64,000 bases of DNA from NCBI GenBank assembly GCA_945870425.1, contig CAMBSD010000017.1, forward strand, positions 8,884 through 72,883. The letters are read 5' to 3'. Both the position numbers and the translations under genes were made by a program. Of the stretch, positions 17,660-26,200 are shown piece after piece (within the stretch, counting starts at the first letter, position 1; each line of letters begins with the position of its first letter). A model generated the notes under the pieces. The model was not told the origin of the DNA. It ran no database searches and saw only the letters and a list, made by a program, of their open reading frames with translations. Source of the stretch: Chitinophaga pinensis (GTDB taxonomy: Bacteria > Bacteroidota > Bacteroidia > UKL13-3).

Positions 17660-19256
17660 GCATTTAAAGTACTTTATTTTAAGCGGCACTTCAGCCATAC
17701 TTATGACTTTGGCTTGGCAACCTTTTAAGGTTTTGCCATTCCTATTTTTTGGCTTAATTCCCTTGTTTTATTTAGAGGCAGAGATTCGCAGAAATTACCC
17801 TCATTCCTCCAGACTACTCTTTTTTGCATATGCTTTCTTTTCATTAATGCTATTTAATTCGAGTACTATTTATTGGATTTGGAATGCCTCTCCAGAAGGA
17901 GCCATATCTGCATTCATCATCAATACGCTCATGATGACTTTGCCCCTATTCATATTCCACATTATTCAAACAAGAGAAGGAAACAGCAACAAAATGTGGT
18001 CGTTCATTTTTCTGTGGCTATCCTATGAATGGCTGCATACCAATTGGCAACTTTCTTTCCCTTGGTTAAGCTTAGGTAATGCATTTTCATACATTCCTGT
18101 TTTGGTGCAATGGTACGAATATACAGGTGTTGCAGGAGGCTCGCTATGGGTGTTATTGGTCAATTATAAATTGTACACACTTATTAGCACTTGGAAAGAA
18201 AGAACTCCATCCGACAACTATGGAAAAGTATTTAACCTAACTTTCTTTTATTTGTTCACGCCTATCTTTTTATCTTTATACATTGCTGATGACAGACAAG
18301 AAAAGGAAGCAAGTGCAAAACGACAAATGGCAGATGTGGTATTGGTGCAGCCCAATATCGACCCCTATAAAGATAAGTTTGAAGGAATGACACCCGAGGC
18401 ACAAACGGACAAGATTTTAGCCCTTGCAGAAACACAAATTGATAGCCTAACCCAATTTGTAATGATGCCCGAAACAGCCTTGCTTGGCAGTCTTGAGGAA
18501 GGCAATTTGCAAAATGCCGGAGTATATCAAAAAGTATTAGTCTTTTTAGAAAAGCACCCCAATATTGGCTTGCTTTCAGGTGCTGATACTTATCGTTTTT
18601 ATCAAGGTAGTGTTAAGCCTTCATTAACTGCAAGAAAGTACAGCGATGCCTTGTTTTATGATGTTTATAATACTGCTCTATATATAAGCAAATTTGACTC
18701 TTTGCAGATTTACCACAAAAGCAAATTGGTGCCTGGTGTTGAGCGTATGCCGTATCCTGAAATATTTGGTTTCTTAGAAAAAATTTCTATCAATTTAGGA
18801 GGTACAAGCGGTAGCCTTGCTAGCGACAAAGAAGCCAAGGTGTTTTATACTTATCAAAAAACAAAATTAGCTCCAGTTATCTGCTTCGAATCTGTTTTTC
18901 CTAATTATGTGGCCAGTTATGTAAAAAAAGGTGCTGACATTATCTGCATTATTACCAATGATGGTTGGTGGGGCAATACGCCTGGCTATCGTCAACATTT
19001 CGACTTCGCTCGATTACGAGCCATTGAAAACCGCAGATGGGTAGCCCGCAGCGCCAATACGGGTATCTCAGGTTTCATAGATGATGAAGGCAATATTGTA
19101 AGTCAATCTGAATGGTGGAAGGAAGCTGTTCTCAGGGCTAAAGTGCCTTTGCATAAAGAAGAAACATTCTTTACCCAAAATGGCGACCTTATTGGATTTT
19201 GGGCAATGGCTTTAGGGGTATTTGAAATCTTTAAACTTTTTAGAAAAAAACGTTAA
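17637..19256 (+). CDS. lnt: Apolipoprotein N-acyltransferase
   Basis: N-terminal polytopic membrane domain. C-terminal CN-hydrolase domain with catalytic Cys in VICFESVFP. 539 aa. Confidence 0.85.
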   Translation: MLSQVKNKHLKYFILSGTSAILMTLAWQPFKVLPFLFFGLIPLFYLEAEIRRNYPHSSRLLFFAYAFFSLMLFNSSTIYWIWNASPEGAISAFIINTLMMTLPLFIFHIIQTREGNSNKMWSFIFLWLSYEWLHTNWQLSFPWLSLGNAFSYIPVLVQWYEYTGVAGGSLWVLLVNYKLYTLISTWKERTPSDNYGKVFNLTFFYLFTPIFLSLYIADDRQEKEASAKRQMADVVLVQPNIDPYKDKFEGMTPEAQTDKILALAETQIDSLTQFVMMPETALLGSLEEGNLQNAGVYQKVLVFLEKHPNIGLLSGADTYRFYQGSVKPSLTARKYSDALFYDVYNTALYISKFDSLQIYHKSKLVPGVERMPYPEIFGFLEKISINLGGTSGSLASDKEAKVFYTYQKTKLAPVICFESVFPNYVASYVKKGADIICIITNDGWWGNTPGYRQHFDFARLRAIENRRWVARSANTGISGFIDDEGNIVSQSEWWKEAVLRAKVPLHKEETFFTQNGDLIGFWAMALGVFEIFKLFRKKR

Positions 19257-19377
19257 CCCGCTGTTTTGTTAAATCGTTAGTTCGTTATTGGTTTACTAGT
19301 TATGTATAAATTGAGATATTTTTTTATTTGCAAGAAGCAAGTCAATCTTAATTTGATTGAAGATTCGCAATTCCCAT

Positions 19378-19938
19378 CTATTTATTAAACTCATTCATGG
19401 TATTGGCAAGTCCTCTAAGAGCAAAGCTTTCAATGGATTTAACCGATTTGTCAATCAATTCGGGTAAGAATTTTTGCTCTTCACTATTGAATTTCCCTAA
19501 TACATAATCTACCTGACGACCTTTGGGATAGTTGTTTCCAATCCCAAATCTTAGACGCGGATAGTTTTGGGTTTGCAGCAACTCGTTAATATTCTTCAGT
19601 CCATTATGTCCAGCATCACTGCCATTGCCACGAATACGAAGTTTTCCAAAATCAATAGCAAGATCATCAACCAAAACAAAAATACTATCCACTTTAATAT
19701 CAAGTTCATTCATCCAATAACGAACTGCTTTTCCACTTAAGTTCATATAAGTATTGGGCTTGATAATATGCAATTGGCGTCCCTTTATACTTATATGGGT
19801 ATAATCAGCATGGCGCTGTGTTTCAAAACTTGCATTATGATTTTTGGCCAACTCGTCAGCTATATCAAAACCAATATTGTGTCGGGTATGGGCATATTCA
19901 TCGCCAATGTTTCCAAGACCTACTATCAAATATTTCAT
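19378..19938 (-). CDS. pth: Peptidyl-tRNA hydrolase
   Basis: MKYLIVGLGNIGDEYAHTRHNIGF is a classic Pth N-terminus. 186 aa. Confidence 0.92.
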   Translation of the reverse strand: MKYLIVGLGNIGDEYAHTRHNIGFDIADELAKNHNASFETQRHADYTHISIKGRQLHIIKPNTYMNLSGKAVRYWMNELDIKVDSIFVLVDDLAIDFGKLRIRGNGSDAGHNGLKNINELLQTQNYPRLRFGIGNNYPKGRQVDYVLGKFNSEEQKFLPELIDKSVKSIESFALRGLANTMNEFNK

Positions 19939-19974
19939 ACTCTACAATTTTAAGACAAATGCTTGTGAAATTTT

Positions 19975-20011
19975 ATACAAAAAAAAACCTTAAAGCAATT
20001 GCTTCAAGGTT
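19975..20011 (-). terminator. Rho-independent terminator downstream of rplY
   Basis: Minus-strand read: aaccttgaagc-aatt-gctttaaggtt followed by a T9 run. Confidence 0.7.
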
Positions 20012-20033
20012 TTAAGTTTATAAATTAGATAAA

Positions 20034-20627
20034 TTATTTTTTACCTTTTGCATCTTTAGCTGCAGCTGTTGCTGCTTCTGCTGCTGCACGAGTAGTTTTA
20101 ACAGCTACAATTGGATTGTTAGGAGAATCCAACAATATCATGTTTTCAACTGTAATGTCAGCCACTTTTACTGATTTACCAATCTCTAGGGTTTCGATAT
20201 TGATATCGATACTATCTGGTAAGTTTTTAGGCAATGCTCTTACACGTAGTTTTTGTGATTTAACAATCAACTTACCACCTTGACGAACACCTATTGAATT
20301 ACCAACGAATTTTACAGGGATATCGATTTCAACATTTTGTGTTTCATCAATTTCGAAGAAATCAGCATGAGTGATGGTATCATTCACTGGGTGAAACTGC
20401 ATATCTTGAAGAATAGCTTTGTATATAGTTCCATCAATGTCTAGTTGCACTCTGTAAGTATTTGGAGTGTAAACTAACATTTTGAAATCTTCGCGGTATA
20501 TGCTAAAGTGAATATGGTTTTTAGCCCCATAAAGCACACAAGGTACTTTTCCTTCGTTACGCACAGTCTTAGTTAATGCTTTACCTAATCCTTCGCGCTT
20601 GTTGCCAAACATTGCTATTGTTTTCAT
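20034..20627 (-). CDS. rplY: 50S ribosomal protein L25 / general stress protein Ctc
   Basis: 197 aa L25/Ctc-form with Ala/Lys-rich C-terminal tail. Conserved prs-rplY-pth gene order. Confidence 0.85.
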   Translation of the reverse strand: MKTIAMFGNKREGLGKALTKTVRNEGKVPCVLYGAKNHIHFSIYREDFKMLVYTPNTYRVQLDIDGTIYKAILQDMQFHPVNDTITHADFFEIDETQNVEIDIPVKFVGNSIGVRQGGKLIVKSQKLRVRALPKNLPDSIDINIETLEIGKSVKVADITVENMILLDSPNNPIVAVKTTRAAAEAATAAAKDAKGKK

Positions 20628-20639
20628 TTCTTCCTTTGT

Positions 20640-21593
20640 TTAATTGTTATCTTTAATTTCGAACAGTGAACTAATAGATCCATGTTCGGTTATGTTTACT
20701 ATAGCATCGGCAAATAACGTAGCCGTACTAAGTTGTTTTATTTTATTAGACTCTTTTCTTAAAGGCAAAGTATCACACACTACTAATTCAGTTAATACTG
20801 AATTTTCAATGGTTTCATAAGCCTTGCCCGAAAGAACTGGATGTGTACACATGGCTCTTACGCTTAACGCACCTTTTTCAAGTAAAAGAGCAGCAGCTTT
20901 AGCTAGAGTATTACCTGTGTCGATAATATCATCCACCATCACCACATGTCTACCTTTCACATCCCCTATCAAAGTCATCGAAGCGATTTCATTCGCTCTT
21001 CTTCTTTCTTTATCAACTACCACCATATCACAACTCAAAGCCTTGGCATACGTTCTTGCTCTTGCAGATGAACCCATATCAGGTGATGCTATGATAAGAT
21101 CAGCACCAATTTTTAAACTTTTAATGTAAGGGATAAAAATTACAGATGGATCTAAGTGATCGACTGGAATTTGAAAAAACCCTTGAATTTGAGGCGCGTG
21201 CAAATCCATGGTAATTACCCTACTTGCACCTACTGTAGTAAGCAAATCTGCCACCACCCTAGAACCAATTGAAACCCTCGGCTTGTCTTTTCTATCTTGG
21301 CGTGCCATTCCGTAATAAGGAATAACAGCTGTTATATAGTGTGCCGATGCTCTTTTGGCCGCATCAATCATTAAAAGTAATTCAACTAAATTGTCAGAAC
21401 TAGGAAAAGTAGACTGTATTAAAAAAATATCACAGCCCCTAACCGATTCGTTAAAATTTGGTTGAAATTCGCCATCACTAAACTTACTTATTGATAAATC
21501 ACCTAACGGCTTACCAAATGCTTCCGCTATTTTCTCAGACAAATATTTTGAATTTGTGCCAGAGAATAGCTTTACTTCGTTAGTTATTGACAT
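20640..21593 (-). CDS. prs: Ribose-phosphate pyrophosphokinase
   Basis: 317 aa. PRPP-binding region DLHAPQIQGFF. Ribose-5-P loop. Confidence 0.92.
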   Translation of the reverse strand: MSITNEVKLFSGTNSKYLSEKIAEAFGKPLGDLSISKFSDGEFQPNFNESVRGCDIFLIQSTFPSSDNLVELLLMIDAAKRASAHYITAVIPYYGMARQDRKDKPRVSIGSRVVADLLTTVGASRVITMDLHAPQIQGFFQIPVDHLDPSVIFIPYIKSLKIGADLIIASPDMGSSARARTYAKALSCDMVVVDKERRRANEIASMTLIGDVKGRHVVMVDDIIDTGNTLAKAAALLLEKGALSVRAMCTHPVLSGKAYETIENSVLTELVVCDTLPLRKESNKIKQLSTATLFADAIVNITEHGSISSLFEIKDNN

Positions 21594-21661
21594 TTGTTTT
21601 TCAATTACTTAAGATATAAAACGTTTAAAACAAACGTATTAACTCTTTCAAATTTATTTTG

Positions 21662-21734
21662 TTGTCCGACTAGGGCTCGAACCTAGACTCTACTGAACCA
21701 AAATCAGTCGTGTTGCCAGTTACACCATCAGACA
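21662..21734 (-). tRNA. tRNA-Gln (anticodon UUG)
   Basis: Hand-folded cloverleaf on the minus strand. Acceptor TGTCTGA/TCGGACA with U1:A72. D-stem GTGT/ACAC. Anticodon stem ACTGA/TCAGT with loop TTTTGGT. T-arm CTAGG-TTCGAGC-CCTAG. CCA not encoded. Confidence 0.75.
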
Positions 21735-21891
21735 ATTTATAGGGCTGCAAAAATATAAATTTTTGATAATTTGTAAAGAGGTTTCGAAAAAAAAATTAAA
21801 AATAATTGTTCTCTTTACTATTCAACCCTTTATACTTATACAAGTTTGTGTGCATATAGTTTTCAGATAAGCCCGTTTTAATTGACAAATT

Positions 21892-23100
21892 TTGCTCAAG
21901 ATTATGCTCAGCGATTTATACTGTATAGCTTTGGTGGTGCCCAACACGGAAAATAGGTTATTTACCTATGCCCAATTTTATGCAGAAATGCTAATGAAAC
22001 TTGGCAAAAAAGTGGTGGTGCTATGCCCCGATTTTGACGAAATGGAATTCACACTAAGAAGAAATGTTCCAAAATTCGCCAACAATGTACTTTGTCGCCC
22101 CATTGACAGTGAGGAGTTTGAGGATAACAAACCCAGCATTATCAATACCATTGGAAGATGGAATTATGTGAGCAAGCAAATTCAGGTAGCCGAGAAAGGA
22201 ATTGGCGCCAAAGTGGAATTTGTTTTGTTCTGCCCTATCGACAATATGCTGCGCAATTCTGTAAATTTAAGTTTACTGAATTGGAATTTTAACTATAAAT
22301 GGAGCGGACTGTATTTAAATCCAGAACCCTACAAACTCAATCAACTGAAATTAAATGTGGATCCTAAATTTAGCGACCCTGATTATTTGTTCAGGTCAGA
22401 AAATTGTGTCGGGGTTTGCATCCTTGATAGGTTTATTTTGGATTCGGTTCGTAGCAGGGTTTATAAAAAAGTGGTGGTATTCCCAGAATTAAGCAACCTG
22501 AGTATATCAGACAATGGCATGCACTACCCCCAAGAAATTCATAAACAAGCGCTTGGAAGGGTCATTGTAGGTCTTTTAGGAGTAGAAAAAAACGAAGGTA
22601 TATTGGCACTCATCCGCTTGATAAAATTGGTGGAGGAAGAAAAGTACTTCTTTGTGTTTGCAGGCAAAATCGATATGAGTGAGTTTGACGATACACAGCG
22701 TGAGGAAATTGAAAGCTTTATCCAACTCAACCAAGACAATGCCTTGTTCATCATTAAAGAACTGTCTGAAGAGGAAATAAACACGCTTTACAAATCAATT
22801 GATATTAGCTATTTGTATTTCTATAACTATATCAGTTCAAACAATATGCTGACCAAGGCTGCCCACTTTAACAAACCTGTTTTGGCTAATAAAAACTATT
22901 GTGTGGGACAAACTGTAAAACAATTTAAGATTGGACTCAGTGTAAATGGCAAGATTGAAGAAAGTGTGCAAGCCTTAGAATTTATGAGCTTAGATAGAAT
23001 GAGCTTCCGCATCTTTGATAAAACCAATTTTGAAAGATATACCGAATTGCAAAACGAAGATTACCTAGAAATGGCTTTTGAGCAGATTACACAATTTTAA
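21892..23100 (+). CDS. Hypothetical cytoplasmic protein, possibly glycosyltransferase-like (Rossmann-type C-terminal half)
   Basis: 402-aa ORF with no signal peptide. Only weak resemblance to GT1/GT4 C-terminal domains. Confidence 0.4.
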   Translation: MLKIMLSDLYCIALVVPNTENRLFTYAQFYAEMLMKLGKKVVVLCPDFDEMEFTLRRNVPKFANNVLCRPIDSEEFEDNKPSIINTIGRWNYVSKQIQVAEKGIGAKVEFVLFCPIDNMLRNSVNLSLLNWNFNYKWSGLYLNPEPYKLNQLKLNVDPKFSDPDYLFRSENCVGVCILDRFILDSVRSRVYKKVVVFPELSNLSISDNGMHYPQEIHKQALGRVIVGLLGVEKNEGILALIRLIKLVEEEKYFFVFAGKIDMSEFDDTQREEIESFIQLNQDNALFIIKELSEEEINTLYKSIDISYLYFYNYISSNNMLTKAAHFNKPVLANKNYCVGQTVKQFKIGLSVNGKIEESVQALEFMSLDRMSFRIFDKTNFERYTELQNEDYLEMAFEQITQF

Positions 23101-23282
23101 AATCAGTGATTTTTTAAAAAAAAGAGCGAGCAACTGGTACACATTTGTTTGGTAACTCTGCGCTAAAAGTCGAGCATAGGCAAATTATTGTTTGGTTTAG
23201 TTTTTTGCAATAAGGCAAATATATAAATCTTCTTTAATTCATAATCTTTGAAGACTTACATATTTGCCTTTTGTTTTGAGTT

Positions 23283-26200
23283 TTAAGGTTTTATTGTTAA
23301 AACTCCTAATGAGCTATTACTATCCAATATTGGATAATCATTAAAATCAACTGATGCATCTCCATTCAAATCGGTTACAAAATATCCTAAGTCTCCAATG
23401 TTACTTGAAATATCTAATGCTGGATAATCATTAAAATCAACTGAACCATCTTGGTTTATATCTCCAGTATAAATCATAAAAATACCTGATCCGTTATCGA
23501 CCAAATTATTACCAAATGCTTTTGATGCACTAGTAGTAAAATTATATGAAACATTATTTGAACTAAAAGTAATTGGATTTGCACTCCACGTTTCAATTGA
23601 ATTGCGGTGTTTAACAACTACATAATAAGAGTTACCAATAATTGAACTAGGGAACTGAAAATTACCATTTCCTTCAATATTGATTACTGATTTACATGTA
23701 TAAATAGAGTTAAAAGGTGTTATTGACGAATGCAATTCTACAACTATGGTATCAGCAATATTTGATAATCCAGATACAGTTGCTGCTTTGGGAGAAGCAA
23801 TCATATTACCATTTCCAATGTTTAATCCTTGTAAAAATGCCGTTAAATTTAATGTTGTTCCTGAAGTTAAAAATGAGTTATAGGTATCTGGATTATACAT
23901 TGATAAAATTTGTCCACCTTCTACTTGCTCGCCACCAACGCCATAATGTGCTTGGTCTACCATTAAAAACATACCTGCTCCTAAGATTGATTGCATGTCT
24001 ATGATACCAGAAGCTTCTTCATCTTGTGTTAAGTAGTTTGCCGCGCCATTGATAAATCTGGTTGAATCATGGGTAGCGATTAATTTTAATTCATCCGTGG
24101 CAGTAGTGTACTGCCAAATTTTTCCTAAATGAACATTGTTTCCTACATCCTCTTGCAATAAGACATGACCATAATTATCAATAGTCATATTGTCCATCAT
24201 CTTTGGACCTTCAGTTCCATCTAAGACTGCGGTGATAGTTCCACCTGATTCTGGAGTATTGATATCCGAAAGGCGCAATCTCCATAAACGACTTGGTGCA
24301 GTGAATGAATTAGTAGTTACAAAATAGAAATCGTTCGGATTACTTGGATCCCAATGACCATCTTCTGGACGTAAGAAATTAGTTACTCCCAAAGCATTAC
24401 TTTTTGTATTTAAAGCTGCTCCTGAAGAATCTCTTACAATACCTAAATCAACCATAGTAAAGGCCGTATTGGCACCAGGAATTGAAGCACTAACTTCTGT
24501 TGTTAAACCTGTTACTGCAACTCCATATAAACGACCATTGCTTAAACCAGCTTTCTCAATTTCTGTTCCTGTATTGGTTTTGGTTCCAATGTAGAAATAA
24601 ACCTGACCTGGAGTTGCATCATCTGTACCCACAACGATTGTTTTGTTTTGAGCAACTGGTGAGGCAATTGAATTTTCCCATGAGAATTTACCTAAGTAAG
24701 GCAATTCATAAGTAGTTCCTGCATTTGCTCCTGTTACAATATGACCAAAAGCACGTCCTTCAGCGCCTGCTTCTTCACCATTCATAAAGATTCTTTCTTG
24801 TGTTCCTAATCCGCTTGTTGCATTATAGAATGCACTTACTGGTGGTAAATCAGAAGAGCAGAAACGGTTGAATGCTTTTTTGCTTGCAGTATCTGCAGGG
24901 TTATATAAAGTATAACCTGTTCCATTCCATAAATTAACTTTTTGAATCAAATCTGAACCACTAACTACGCTTAAATCAGATTTGTTGATTACCCATTTAG
25001 AAACAAATGCACCCTTAGCACCATGTGCTCTGTTTACTCCTAAGGTATTACCAAACTCATGACTTACTAAAAACGTAAAAGTACCGTTACCATTGTCGTA
25101 AGCACCTGTTCCATCTGGTGTTCCAGCCATCATGTAATTTCCTACTTTATCGCCTGCTGTTAATATCGCAGTAGTTGTTACTCCAGAAGCAACTGGCAAT
25201 AAATAAGGTGATTGTGAACTATTAGCACCAGCATTTGGAACAATAACAGCATCAAGTCTATTGCTTAATGATTGAATTCTTATATCACCTTTAATAGAAG
25301 TATCTCTTAAATTATATGGAGTACTTGTGTAGAAGTTACCCATGTATTCCGCGAAAGCATCTTGCTCTTTACCAGTTGTAGAAAAAGTTGCAATACCTGT
25401 AGATTTAATTGCGGTATCTAAATTAACTCTATTTGTAGCATTTGCAGGGAAAGGATAATTATCACCACCAGTAAATAAGAAGTCTAAAGTTACAAATTTG
25501 ATGATTCTACTAGTATCGCCAACCAAAGCACCATTTTTAACAATAGTATCTAATCTGTTTCCTAAAGAATCAACTAAAACCATTGAACGAATTCTGTTTC
25601 CAGCACTTAGGTTCACATTGTAACTGAACATAACACCACCAACTTGTGGGAATTGACCTGGAGTTGCACCAGCAGTAGTAGCAGAAATTCCATGTTCTAA
25701 AATTCTTTTTAATCCTGCAGCATTTGTTCTAGCAACAACTAATCCATTGTTGAATCTTAAAGAGTTTTCAATGTCTAATTGAGAGATATCACCTTTAGCT
25801 TTGCCAGCAGAAGGATTTGCAAGTGTATTTTCTAAGATTGTAGTGTTTCCAACTGCATTGATATTTCCAATTGCAGAGCGGATACCACCGCCATTTTTGA
25901 TAGAAACTTTTACTCCAGAATCTGCCAATTTAGCATACCATAAGTTAGCATCAGCAGTTAAGTTACCGAAATTTGTTTCTTCAGTTCTAACAAAATTTCT
26001 TCTTCCTTCTAAGAATACATTTGTTTTTCCAAATTTGTTACCGTCTTTATTATTTATAACTGTAGCAATTTGTGAAGTTAAAGTTCTAACATTTGCACCT
26101 TTACTTCCATTAGTAAAACCAGCAGTATAAGTACCATATAAAGTAGTAACCATAGCTGTATCAGCTGCATAAGCACCGTTGATAGTAGAATCTAAAAAGT

